A stretch of DNA of 64,000 nucleotides from a bacterium (GTDB lineage Bacteria; UBA8248): assembly GCA_965261085.1 (NCBI GenBank), contig OZ253442.1:1408001-1472000 (forward strand), read 5' to 3'. A program made the translations under genes and the position numbers. Under the pieces are notes generated by a model. It ran no database searches. It saw only the letters and a program-made list of their open reading frames with translations, and was not told the origin of the DNA. Positions 40,818 to 50,453 of this stretch are shown piece after piece (positions within the stretch are counted from its first letter, which is position 1; every line of letters begins with the position of its first letter).

Positions 40818-41369
40818 CATCCTGAACCGGACGCGAGACGCGAGTAGAAGCCACCTCTTTCGAGTCCACGTCATATCAACAGCGCCAGGACCGTGCCGAA
40901 ATGTTCGGCCCATCCACTACCATAATTCATGGTATATGAAATTGAACAGTCCAACACGGACAGACCGCCCGGTTGTCCTAAGGGTTATCGTTTCCTTGTC
41001 GGGGTGTTTCGGAGTCGGTGGATAGCGGTGGCGGGGTTCCGCAGATGCATTCTCTGCCGTGCAATGGATGTCGCCGCCGATGGAAAGGCGAAACATGACC
41101 GCAGGCAAACCGTTGTGAGCGGGACTTTGCAGAAGGAACGCGCAATTGTCCGACACGGGTATCCTTTCAATCGTCGGGTGAGATCGTCGCTGGCACCAGA
41201 GGCAGTTGTTGGTATTGTGCGGCGTAGTCGGTTTGGGCCGGTGCTTTCTTGGCCACCATCACCCCACGACTGAATGATTACCGGGAAACAATATCGAAAG
41301 ACGGCATGGTTGAGATCCTTATGGGGCGGCGCGTCGTGCGGCCGCCGGAGTATTACCGGCCCGGATGAG

Positions 41370-42728
41370 TCACAGCACGAACAGTAGGTAGAGCAAAGCG
41401 AGGATGATCTGGACCAGGGCAAACGGAATTGCCGCCTTGACGAAGTCGACGAACGATAGTTTCAGCTCGTATTTGTGGATGATGGTGACCGCAACCAGCG
41501 TTGAGGCCGAACCGATCGGGGTGATGTTACCACCCAGATTGGCGCCGAAAATAAGCGACCACCAGAACGGCGACTCCGGGGATAGATCTATTCCGCCGAG
41601 GATTTTTGCCAACATCGCCGCGAGCGGGATGTTGTCGGTGACCGAACTTGCCACCGCCGCGGCAACCATCAGCGCGGGCGGTCCGGCGATATCATTCAAC
41701 GCCAGGATCGGTGTCAACAGGTCACCGATCAGCTCGAGCACCAGGGCGTGCTCCATCATGTTAATCACGATGAACAGGCCGCCGAAGAACGCGAGCAGAT
41801 CCCAGTCGATTGCCTGATAGAAGCGATCCGCGGTTGCCTTGTAGCGAACCAGCATGATCGCGGCGAACGCCAGCGCGACGTAGCCGAGGCCGAGCTCCTT
41901 GATGTAGGGCATGACCGAGGCACTTGCCATGGCGGCGATAAACAGCCCGGTCATCGCCGTGCCGAACCAGAAGAAGCCACGCGATTCAACGCCGTCGTTT
42001 TCGTCGAGGCCAGCGACCAACCCACGCGCTTCGGCCCGCGCCGCCTCACTCGCCAGCGGCCGGATATCGAACAGCCGAACCCCGAGCCAGATTGTTGCCG
42101 CTGTCGCGACCACCACATAGGGACTGGCTTTGAGGAAGAACGTGACGAAACTAATGCCAGCCGCGTTGCCAACGATGATGTTGGGGACCGAGGAGATCAG
42201 CGTTAGCAAGCCGCCGACGTTGGTCAGCAGCCCTTCGATCAGCAGAAAGCCAAGCAACTTATCCAGCCGCCCGAGCTTGCCGAGCGAAACTCCTGAAAGC
42301 GTGCCGACGATGATCATCGCGGTGACGTTGTTGAGCACGGCCGAGAACACCACGGTCATGACGCCGTAATAAATCAACAAGCGCAGGGGATCGCCGCCTG
42401 AGAGCTTGGTGAGGCGGATCGCCATCCAGGTGAAGAGACCGGATTTACTGGTGACGTCGACGAAGATCGACGAGCCGAGGATGATCGCGATGACCTCCCA
42501 ATCGACGCCGGGGATGTAAACAGGAAGCCGCACCGCGTGGCCGAGGATTTCTGCGGTCTCGGGGCGCACCAGCGCGAAGAACGCGGCCAGGAATAGCGCT
42601 GCAACGGCGAACAAACCAACGATCACCGACTTTTTGGCATGGATCTTCTCTTCGAACGCGAGGCACAGAATCATCGCCACCAGCATAACGGAAAAAATCG
42701 CGGTGACGTGGGTTGGAACGTGATGCAT
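41370..42728 (-). CDS. ArsB/NhaD/SLC13-type ion transporter permease
   Basis: Polytopic protein with 'SAVLNNVT', 'TNVGGLLTLISSVPNII', 'SSVTDNIP', 'GANLGGNITPIGSAS'. Confidence 0.88.
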   Translation of the reverse strand: MHHVPTHVTAIFSVMLVAMILCLAFEEKIHAKKSVIVGLFAVAALFLAAFFALVRPETAEILGHAVRLPVYIPGVDWEVIAIILGSSIFVDVTSKSGLFTWMAIRLTKLSGGDPLRLLIYYGVMTVVFSAVLNNVTAMIIVGTLSGVSLGKLGRLDKLLGFLLIEGLLTNVGGLLTLISSVPNIIVGNAAGISFVTFFLKASPYVVVATAATIWLGVRLFDIRPLASEAARAEARGLVAGLDENDGVESRGFFWFGTAMTGLFIAAMASASVMPYIKELGLGYVALAFAAIMLVRYKATADRFYQAIDWDLLAFFGGLFIVINMMEHALVLELIGDLLTPILALNDIAGPPALMVAAAVASSVTDNIPLAAMLAKILGGIDLSPESPFWWSLIFGANLGGNITPIGSASTLVAVTIIHKYELKLSFVDFVKAAIPFALVQIILALLYLLFVL

Positions 42729-42733
42729 GGCGG

Positions 42734-43591
42734 TCAGATCATCAACAGCGGGATTTGCCTGAGCTCTACCGCCAATGGGTAGGCCAGCCCATGCATGGCG
42801 AGTTGTTCCTCGTCTTTAGCGCGCATGACCAGCAGATCGACCTCATGCGACTCAATAAGCCGCCGGTACTCCGCTATGCGGCGGCCCATGACGACGATTT
42901 CTTCGATGGCGATGTCGAGCCCGGCCGTTTCGATGGCGGCGCGGCAGGAGCGGATATAGTCGTGCGGCTCCTTGAGGAGCTGAGCCTTGATGGTCTCCGT
43001 CGCGGTGTCGGTATCGATGAGCGGGATCTTCGAGATGATCTCGATGTAGCGCTCGAAATCCGCCGCGCGCTCAACATGGGTGAGCCAGCAGGTCCCGCCT
43101 GCGGCCGTGAAACCGAGCGCTTGGTCGACCAGGCGGGCGTCGCCTGCGAGGTGGTCGGTAATCGCCATGGCGACGTCGGTATTCCGAACGGTGTGTGGCA
43201 GGCTGCGGTCGGCCTCGGGATGCGGCAAGATCAGTATCGGCAGCTCGGTCGCTTGGGTTAAGACATCGACGTACTCACCGAGACTGTAGGGCCAATGCCA
43301 GGCGTTGGAATGAAGATGCCGATAGGTGACAACAAGATCCGGCTGGTGTGCTTCGACCTGCGCCAGCAGCGCCCGCACACTATCGAACGAATCACCGGCG
43401 AGCGACTGCCAAACGGTTTCTGCGCGGTCGATCACCGCAAGAAACTGGCGCACGGCGTCGGTAACTAGCGCGGCACCGTCGGCTGGCAAATCGGTTGCGA
43501 CCAACACGCGCTCGATGTTCAGCGGTGTATAGGCGTAGGTCTCCTTGGCCGCCGCCCGAAAGGTAGCTTCGAACTGATCGATCTTGGTCAT
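42734..43591 (-). CDS. Tandem universal-stress-protein-like domain protein
   Basis: 'RVLVATDL', 'PDLVV', 'PILIL', 'VDLLVM', terminal 'PLLMI'. Directly upstream of the permease. Confidence 0.65.
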   Translation of the reverse strand: MTKIDQFEATFRAAAKETYAYTPLNIERVLVATDLPADGAALVTDAVRQFLAVIDRAETVWQSLAGDSFDSVRALLAQVEAHQPDLVVTYRHLHSNAWHWPYSLGEYVDVLTQATELPILILPHPEADRSLPHTVRNTDVAMAITDHLAGDARLVDQALGFTAAGGTCWLTHVERAADFERYIEIISKIPLIDTDTATETIKAQLLKEPHDYIRSCRAAIETAGLDIAIEEIVVMGRRIAEYRRLIESHEVDLLVMRAKDEEQLAMHGLAYPLAVELRQIPLLMI

Positions 43592-43709
43592 CGCCGCCCT
43601 TGCCTTCCGCAACGTTGCTGGGGAACCGAACCCATTCTAGGCGTTGTTTCGATGCCGCGTTCGCCGCAAGTTGTTACGCGGTTGTAGGCGAACAAAATAA
43701 TTGCGAATT

Positions 43710-43878
43710 GAAATAAAAATAATTACGAATGCCCTGGAAAACCTCGCGATTTTCTAGCCGTTTTTTATCTTGAAAAGGCCGATTTTCGGACCGTTTGCAA
43801 TTATTTTTATTTCCCCACAATGAGTCGCGCCGAGGCGTTTGTCAATTCTGGTATTTTGCCGTATGGCAATCTGCCATA
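43710..43878. promoter_or_regulatory. AT-rich inverted repeats and palindrome
   Basis: gaaataaaaataatt (43710-43724) / aattatttttatttc (43799-43813) perfect 15-bp IR; tatggca-atc-tgccata (43862-43878). Confidence 0.5.
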
Positions 43879-43941
43879 GGCAGGGCTATGTTTCAGATAG
43901 TACCCTATAGTTGAGGGCCCCAGAAGAGGGATAATTCATTG

Positions 43942-44455
43942 ATGACCAACAAAAAGAAGAAGAACCGTGACGTGCACTACGAGCCAGGTTCCATGATCTT
44001 CCACGCGAAGTCATTGCGGTGTGTTGTGAAGGAATAGCAAAGGAACGGGTCTGAATCTCCCCAGTCGGACCTATTGCTTTTCTTCGGGACGGGCTTGGCG
44101 AAACCGATCTTATTGTCGCTGGCGACGGAAGTCGCGTTGAAGGCGTGGCAGTGTCGAGAACAGAACGGAAAGCCTATGCACTGTCATGACTTGCTGAAGC
44201 TGTTCGATGGCTTAGAATCGGGTACACAAGATCTACTAGCACAGGGGCTGGCAGGCCTAGAACACCTACTTTTCCCGCAGATTCTCGAACAATCGATGCC
44301 CGCGGGCAGATACCGTTTTGCGCGCGATCCTGAGGCACCACAGTAACTCTTTCACGCACTGGAGGTACTTGTACGAAGACCACAGGGGCACGTTTGCCAC
44401 AGCTGCATTCGACTTGGCACTCACCGTAATAATAGACGCCTACGACAAAAGGTAG
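43942..44455 (+). pseudogene. Degraded HEPN-like gene
   Basis: In-frame TAG at 44035, then 'ATEVALKA...HDLLKLF', and 'FTHWRYLYE' after a frameshift. Confidence 0.55.
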
Positions 44456-44542
44456 GGAGATTCAGCCTAAAGCTCGGACTCTGAACAGACGGCCAGTTGC
44501 CGCTCCGGCTACATTCGAGGAGAGGCCGGCCTCGAACCCAGT

Positions 44543-45728
44543 TTAGGAAGCCAATTGAGGGTCCGGCTCGAAGGTCAGCTCCGGCACGATCACTTCCCAG
44601 GCATCGCATTTCATGCCGTCACGATACTCCGGCTTCAATGCCTCGCGGTTCCATCCCACGACGGCCAGAACCGTGACGGACCGGCACCGTGCTCCGGCCG
44701 GTGGCCTGAAGCTTTTGGCGAGACGTCCAACCAGCATGCCTTCCGGGTTCAGCAGTTCCCAGCGCCCGGCGTTCACAACTCGTGTCTGTAGGGGATCGCC
44801 GGGAGACAGCGCGGCGATGGCACGATGCACCGGTCGATGGATGCCCTGTCGGCCCGCAAAACCGAGATCCACTTCTTCAAGGCTCGGACGGATAAAGCGG
44901 TATTTAAGCGCTGCGGCCGTGGGCGGAAGCTCACTTGGTTCGCGATGCACAACACAGGGTTTGTCGAGCAACACATTTTGCAACGGTTGAGGCCCCTCGA
45001 AGCGCGTGAGCGCAAGGGTCTTCTGAGCGCGCGTCATGGCCACGTAATACAGCCGTCGCGGCGCATCCGGGTCCTCGCCGTGTCCGACGCGGTTCCAGCC
45101 GCCGTCCAGCACGACCACATGGTCGAACTCGAGACCCTTGGCGCGGTGCGCGGTCATCAGCAGTAGTCCGCCGCTGGCGCCGGCGTATGTCGCGGCCCCA
45201 CTCCGCCAACCATTCGATGAAGTGGTTCACGGGGGTTTCCGCGCCACCGGTCTCCAGGGCACGCTCCTCGATGGCTTGCCGCAGTAACTCGTTCCAGGGG
45301 TTGGACGCGCATGCATCCGCCCAGCCGCGCAGGACGGCGGCGTCGACGACGCGGGGCTCCCGGCTGCGCAGCCATTCGATGAATACGCGGGTCTCGCGCA
45401 GGCGCCAGAAGCCGGGTATTTCCTCGTTCCCCATTTGCGCCGGAATATCGTGTAACTCGCAGAACGCACGCACTGGAACCAGATACTCCCACTCCCGCGC
45501 GATCACGGCGCAGCGTGACCAGTCCCAATCGGGCGACAGGTTCTTAAGGCGTAGCAGTTCCGCTATGGCGGTTCGCGCCTGCGAGACCGGATCGCGCCCC
45601 GCCGGTAGTATCTGCACCCGCCCTTGCGAGATCGGGTCCAGCTTCTGCCACGCTCCGCCCGGCTGGTCCTTCGCGCGCGCCCGGTCGATATGGATGGGAT
45701 GCTCCGCCTTCATCCGCTCCCGCGCCGG
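44543..45728 (-). pseudogene. C-terminal fragment of a RecQ/UvrD-type fused helicase, frameshifted near 45165
   Basis: UvrD_C motifs 'TAHRAKGLEFDHV', 'RRLYYVAMTRA', 'CAVIAR'. The 5' part is missing. Confidence 0.8.
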
Positions 45729-45837
45729 CGGGTTTCCCGGATGCCGACGCGAAGCCGGAGTTCGGGGCCGCATGCAAAAGTCGGTATCGAAAATGACCGA
45801 TACCCCGGGCTCCGGGGATTTCACATGAGGACCCATG

Positions 45838-46323
45838 GGGCGGCGTGCATGCGGAATACACCGTTCTGGTTACCGAGACGGGCATGGCGCACCTGGGCGA
45901 GCCCACCCGCGAGCACGTCGTCATCGAATGATTCTATAACCATCGAATAATCAACTACTTAAAAAACTTCTTCGCTAACCCCTGGGCGCGCAAATCGCCT
46001 ATTTACTTATCATTTAATTATCGAAAAACCCCGTGAATTTATCGATATTTTCAGAAATTCCTTATTCTCAAACGCGGCGATGCGCTTCGCAATCATACAC
46101 GTGCGCGTCTTGAGTCCGATGACGGCAAATGCGGGCAATTGCGCGCGGGCGTTTTTTGCTCTTACTCCCCCGCTCGTCTCGGGTAAACGCTCCCCCTAGG
46201 GTTCCGGATGCTCTTTGTCATGGATGCGGGGGTAGGCGACTTGTCCCCATACTTGCGATTCGGGGTTGGCGTCGATCTCGGCCTTCATGACTTCGAGAAT
46301 CACCGGAACGACGTCGGCCATGA
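45838..46323 (+). repeat. Right copy of the ~470-bp diverged direct repeat; includes an orphan M24 3' end (45838-45931)
   Basis: Encodes GGVHAEYTVLVTETGMAHLGEPTREHVVIE* as in the M24 gene, with one F/Y change. Confidence 0.95.
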
Positions 46324-46867
46324 TGCGCACGCCGCCCCTGAGTTGGTTGCGGCCCCATCCCTCGGCGAACGTCATGCCCCCGTGGAAGACCTGGTTGCGC
46401 AATTCATACAGCCGCCGGAAGATTTCGCTGAAAACGACGTGCACGTTTCTCTCCTCCAGGGCGCTTCTTATTCTGTCTCTGTTGGATTCGAACCCTTTGC
46501 GCCAGTTATAGGTCCTCGAGGGGTCCCGCACCCACCGCCAGAAGAGTTTGAACAGGTACTGATTCTCCAGCAGAACCCGAGTCGGCCCGGAATACGTTTC
46601 CCAGAGAATGGCTTCTATTTCTCTTTCTTCGTCACGTTCGATGACTTCGCGCAGGAAATTCTTGATCTGCTGGTTCTCGGAGGGGTGGTGTTCATCGATG
46701 CCGGTCGACTCGGCTCCGTAGGCGGCGTTGAAGGCGATCCATAAAAAAATGAACCTCTCCTCGTCGATCCGGGCCCTTTTGCTCCGTTCGAGCCAGCTGA
46801 AGGCTCGCCGCATCCGGTGTTCGTTGTGTTTTCTTTGTTGTAGAAATCCGTCGCTTCGGGTCATCAT
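46196..46867 (-). CDS. HEPN-domain protein (putative RNase)
   Basis: 'FIFLWIAFNAAY' and RxxxxH motif 'LYELRNQVFHGG'. ATG at 46867 inferred. Confidence 0.78.
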   Translation of the reverse strand: MMTRSDGFLQQRKHNEHRMRRAFSWLERSKRARIDEERFIFLWIAFNAAYGAESTGIDEHHPSENQQIKNFLREVIERDEEREIEAILWETYSGPTRVLLENQYLFKLFWRWVRDPSRTYNWRKGFESNRDRIRSALEERNVHVVFSEIFRRLYELRNQVFHGGMTFAEGWGRNQLRGGVRIMADVVPVILEVMKAEIDANPESQVWGQVAYPRIHDKEHPEP

Positions 46868-47115
46868 CGGACCTCTCGCCGCCCTCTCGGCGCGAGATGA
46901 TGAAAGCGAACTCCCCGGTTTCGCCGACGCGGAAAAACCTTGGCATCTCCGCGTCGGCGAGGGAGCTTCTCGTTTCCGTTTCTCTGTTCGAGCCGAGTCC
47001 TCTAATTTTTTATAGGTTTTTGCTCTTCGGAATTCAATAAAATTCAACCATCTTTATCAAAATATTATATTTCATGTCCAGGAGGCGTTTTTCGCGCATC
47101 CGCGAACGCCCATTG

Positions 47116-47142
47116 CTTGCCCCATCCAACCGGATGCGCGAT
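47116..47142 (+). repeat. 27-bp repeat, copy 1 (identical at 47745-47771, 4 mismatches at 48888-48914)
   Basis: cttgccccatccaaccggatgcgcgat. Confidence 0.9.
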
Positions 47143-47181
47143 GGTCGGCGTCTTCTCAGGTGCATGCAGGCCTGCTGCGGC

Positions 47182-47229
47182 ATCGACGTGCTGCGCATCG
47201 CTCCTCGGGGTCAGGCTTATAGGCGATAG
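47182..47229 (+). pseudogene. C-terminal remnant of a RelE/ParE-type toxin
   Basis: IDVLRIAPRGQAYRR* immediately before the XRE gene RBS. Confidence 0.55.
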
Positions 47230-47238
47230 GAGGACGGC

Positions 47239-47610
47239 ATGAACAAGACGCAAGTCATTTTTGACGACCTCGGCCAACCGGCGTTCGCCGTCATCCCGTG
47301 GCGTGAGTATGAGCGTCTCTCGAACGGGGACGCCGAGTCGCTCTTGAGCGATGAGGAGCTTTATGATCGCGCCGGAGCGGAAGGAGGCGAGTCCTTTCCC
47401 GCCCTAGTCGCGGATCGTCTCCTGGCCGGTGAAAACCCCATCGGCGTATACCGCAACCATCGCGGCCTGAAGCAGGGCGAGTTGGCCGCCGCAGCCGGCA
47501 TCCACCCGGTCTACCTCTCTCAAATCGAGACGGGAAAGCGCTCGGGCTCCACAAGAACGCTGGCCGCCATCGCCAAGGCGCTCGGCGTAACCGTGGACGA
47601 CCTGATCTAG
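47239..47610 (+). CDS. XRE-family HTH antitoxin-like regulator
   Basis: 'AFAVIPWREYERL' and HTH 'GLKQGELAAAAGIHPVYLSQIETGKR'. AGGAGG RBS. Confidence 0.85.
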   Translation: MNKTQVIFDDLGQPAFAVIPWREYERLSNGDAESLLSDEELYDRAGAEGGESFPALVADRLLAGENPIGVYRNHRGLKQGELAAAAGIHPVYLSQIETGKRSGSTRTLAAIAKALGVTVDDLI

Positions 47611-47716
47611 GGGGAGTGAACCCCACAGGTGGACGATCGTGAGCGCCCCACATTTCTCATCACGCATCCCGTAGGTGGGTGTTCGTGAACGCCCCCATGT
47701 TCGTGAACAACCCTCA

Positions 47717-47954
47717 CACCCCCACGCCACTTCCGCTGACTGAACTTGCCCCATCCAACCGGATGCGCGATATTCCACGCTTTGCGATATGAACATGTGG
47801 ACGCTGTTTTCGGGAAATCAAACCCGCCCATGCGGCGGGTGCTCATTCAAGGGAAAGGACGAGAGCGATGACGTATTTCTACAAAACGGACGATATGGAA
47901 AAAAACCTGGCGGGCGCGGCCTACAGCTCGGTGGCGGGCTCGTGGGTGACGGGC
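47717..47954 (+). repeat. Diverged duplicate of the bicupin upstream region and first 29 codons (original 48860-49097)
   Basis: Constant offset of 1143 bp. ATG 47868 reads MTYFYKTDDMEKNLAGAAYSSVAGSWVTG and then breaks. Confidence 0.92.
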
Positions 47955-48001
47955 CTCAACGAAACCTATAGCCTTTCCTTGGTTCCGGCAAGAACGACGA
48001 T

Positions 48002-48649
48002 ATGACCCGTTGCTCCTACATCTTTCTTGACGAGGCGGGCAATCTCGACTTCAGCGCCAACGGAACACGCTACTTCGTGCTGACGAGCATCAGCATGCGC
48101 CGACCGTTTCCGGTATACGAGGCGCTTAACGACTACAAGCATGATTGTCTCGAATACGGCTTGGACATGGAGTATTTCCACTGCGTCGCCGACAACAATC
48201 ACGTTCGCAAGGGTGTGTTCGACCTGATCGCCGCTCACCTTGGTGGTATGCGTCATATGAGTATCGATTCCCTGGTGGTTGAGAAGCGCAAGACCGGCCC
48301 AGCGTTGCGGGAGGACATGCGCTTCTACCCGGAGATGCTGGGTCATCTACTGAAATTCGTGTTGCCCAAGGAGTTGGATGCGGGCGCCGAAGAGGTCATC
48401 GTGATCACCGATAAACTTCCGGTGAACAGGAAACGGCAAGCCGTCGAAAAGGGCACTCGCCTTGCGTTGGCCGAGATGTTACCACAGGGAATGAGGTATC
48501 GCATTCTGCACCACGCATCGCGGTCGCATTACGGGCTACAGGTGGCGGACTACTGCTGCTGGGCGGTATTTCGGAAATGGAATAGAAATAAGACGCACTA
48601 CTACGACCTCATCAAGCAAGCAGTTCGCAGCGAGTTCGATATTTTTTAA
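48002..48649 (+). CDS. DUF3800 family protein (RNase H-like fold)
   Basis: N-terminal 'YIFLDEAGNLDF...YFVLTS', 'FHC', C-terminal 'GLQVADYCCWA'. Confidence 0.85.
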   Translation: MTRCSYIFLDEAGNLDFSANGTRYFVLTSISMRRPFPVYEALNDYKHDCLEYGLDMEYFHCVADNNHVRKGVFDLIAAHLGGMRHMSIDSLVVEKRKTGPALREDMRFYPEMLGHLLKFVLPKELDAGAEEVIVITDKLPVNRKRQAVEKGTRLALAEMLPQGMRYRILHHASRSHYGLQVADYCCWAVFRKWNRNKTHYYDLIKQAVRSEFDIF

Positions 48650-48687
48650 AATGGAATCAGGTATTACTATTGACAACCGAGGTCATA

Positions 48688-48775
48688 AAAAGTGACCTCC
48701 CCGACTACTCCGTCTTCCGTCGCCGGAGGCTGGAGAGAACCCCTTGGGTTCTTGTCATCGGGGAGGGACCTTTTT
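48688..48775. ncRNA. Structured RNA adjacent to DUF3800 (DUF3800 RNA motif-like)
   Basis: Outer stem cctccccga/tcggggagg plus aaaag/ctttt encloses two hairpins (gtcttccg/cggaggc and agaaccc/gggttct). DUF3800 genes are known to be linked to conserved RNA motifs. Confidence 0.7.
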
Positions 48776-49010
48776 ATCTTTACCAGATATAAACTTTCAA
48801 AATTTAATATAGTCCCTTCGGCTTCGGAATGCAACTAGCGGCGCGTTTTGCCCCCACCCCACCCCCACGGCGGTTTCCTGCCCCGACCTTGCCCGATTCA
48901 TGCGGATGCGCGATATTTCCCGTCTTGCGATATGAATATGTGGACGCTGTTTTCGGGAAAACGAAACCGCATAGGCGGCGGATAATCATTCAAGGGAAAG
49001 GACGAGAGCG

Positions 49011-49727
49011 ATGACGTATTTCTACAAGACGGACGATATGGAAAAAAACCTGGCGGGCGCGGCTTACAGCTCGGCGGCGGGCGCGTGGGTGACGGGCGAG
49101 CGGCTCATATTCGGGAAAATGCGTATGCCCGCCGGCACGCGCTCAAGCGCGCACGCCCATGCGAACGAGCAGTTCGGCTATTGCCTGGCCGGCAGCACCC
49201 GCCTGAACATCGAGGGGGACGAGCGAATCTTGACGCCCGGCCACATGGCCTACAGGCCCGCGAACGCCGTGCACGCGGCCGAGGTGCTGGGCGATACGGA
49301 TTATGAGTTTATCGTGGCGAAAGATACGGCGACGAGCATTGCGGGCACGCCCACGGAGATGACGCAAACCGCCGAGCACGTCCCTTATTTCTACGATACC
49401 GAGGCGATGGAAAAAGGCCTGGCGGGCGAGGCCTACAGCCCGACCGAGGGGGCCTGGGTGACGGGCGAGCGAATCATTTTTGGGAAAATGCGCATCCCCG
49501 CGGGCGGGGTGGCCGAGCTCCACTCTCACCCCAACGAGCAGTTCGCCATCGTCCTGGCCGGGACTTGCCGCATGACGATTGGCGGCGAGACCGGGACGAT
49601 CACCGCCGGCGACATCGCCCACATTCCCGCCGACATCGTCCACTCCGCCGAAATCCTGGGCGATGAGGACTACGTCTTCGTGACGGCGAAAGACACCTCC
49701 TGGGGCATTCAGGGGATTAAGGCGTAG
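49011..49727 (+). CDS. Bicupin protein (two cupin_2 domains)
   Basis: Internal duplication with 'HAHANEQ...ANAVH' and 'HSHPNEQ...ADIVH'. Confidence 0.88.
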   Translation: MTYFYKTDDMEKNLAGAAYSSAAGAWVTGERLIFGKMRMPAGTRSSAHAHANEQFGYCLAGSTRLNIEGDERILTPGHMAYRPANAVHAAEVLGDTDYEFIVAKDTATSIAGTPTEMTQTAEHVPYFYDTEAMEKGLAGEAYSPTEGAWVTGERIIFGKMRIPAGGVAELHSHPNEQFAIVLAGTCRMTIGGETGTITAGDIAHIPADIVHSAEILGDEDYVFVTAKDTSWGIQGIKA

Positions 49728-49740
49728 GGGGGGGATACAA

Positions 49741-50025
49741 CTACGCCACGACCCGCTCGACCTTGATCTCATCTGCGCGTTTCATCGCCTGGGCGAAGTC
49801 GTAGGCCGTCTGTAGGCGATACCACACCTCGGCTCCCCCGCCGAAGGCTTTATCCAGGCGAATCGCCATCTCGGGCGAGATGCCAGAATGCCCGTTGACG
49901 AGGCTGGATAGCTGCTTGCGGCTCACGCCGAGCCTCCGCGAGGCCTCGGTTACGCTCAATCCCAGCGGCTCCAGGCAATCGTAACGAACGGAAAGACCCG
50001 GATGGGGCGGGCTCTTCATGGGCAT
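49741..50025 (-). CDS. higA: HigA-family antitoxin
   Basis: 'PPHPG', HTH, '[12 protein letters not shown]', 'W.RLQ..YD'. Confidence 0.92.
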   Translation of the reverse strand: MPMKSPPHPGLSVRYDCLEPLGLSVTEASRRLGVSRKQLSSLVNGHSGISPEMAIRLDKAFGGGAEVWYRLQTAYDFAQAMKRADEIKVERVVA

Positions 50026-50039
50026 GTCATGGTCCTCCT

Positions 50040-50318
50040 CTAGTGATAATCCGTTAAATCCACATCAGTGACGTGTTCGCCCTCGTAACGAAACACGATC
50101 CTCCAGTTGCGGGAGACACTTACAGCCCAGAACCCGGCGAGTTCTCCTCTTAAAGGATGCAACCGAAAACCCGGCAAATTCATGTGCGCGGGTATTATAG
50201 CCCGGTCAAGACGGGCGAGAATCCGCTCGATTTTGTCGACATGCTCTGATGGCACCCGACGCCGATTTCCCCTCTCGTATAGAAACTGAAGCCCTTTGTG
50301 TCGAAAGTGGATAATCAT
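50040..50318 (-). CDS. higB: HigB-family toxin
   Basis: 'FRHKGL', 'LHPLRG', '[13 protein letters not shown]', 'DYH'. Toxin-first order. Confidence 0.92.
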   Translation of the reverse strand: MIIHFRHKGLQFLYERGNRRRVPSEHVDKIERILARLDRAIIPAHMNLPGFRLHPLRGELAGFWAVSVSRNWRIVFRYEGEHVTDVDLTDYH

Positions 50319-50453
50319 GCCTAAATTGTAACCTATAACCTCTCAGGTTACAATCCCCTTTCAGCGTGAAAGGAGTTTTTCGTATATTCAACTCTAAGGA
50401 TTGGAAATTACCCGGTCGACAAGGGGCCCTGAAATTTTGGGGCCTTGTTGTTA

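Larger units (their letters stand above)
15477..45837. mobile_element. Patchwork genomic island (~30.4 kb)
   Basis: Bounded by the long direct repeat, integrase remnant at the left edge, IS256/IS110 pieces, many truncated genes, visibly heterogeneous base composition. Confidence 0.75.

Noticed and set aside
40929-41273. Hypothetical CDS (also 27138-27590 and 16418-16690)
   Set aside because: No motif, RBS or codon-pattern support; they lie in junction debris.
44035-44037. Pyrrolysine/amber read-through in the HEPN-like gene
   Set aside because: The gene also has a downstream frameshift, so pseudogenisation is the simpler explanation.
47095-49097. Classical integron
   Set aside because: No intI, and the repeats lack attC RYYYAAC/GTTRRRY ends and palindromic structure; they copy host upstream sequence.
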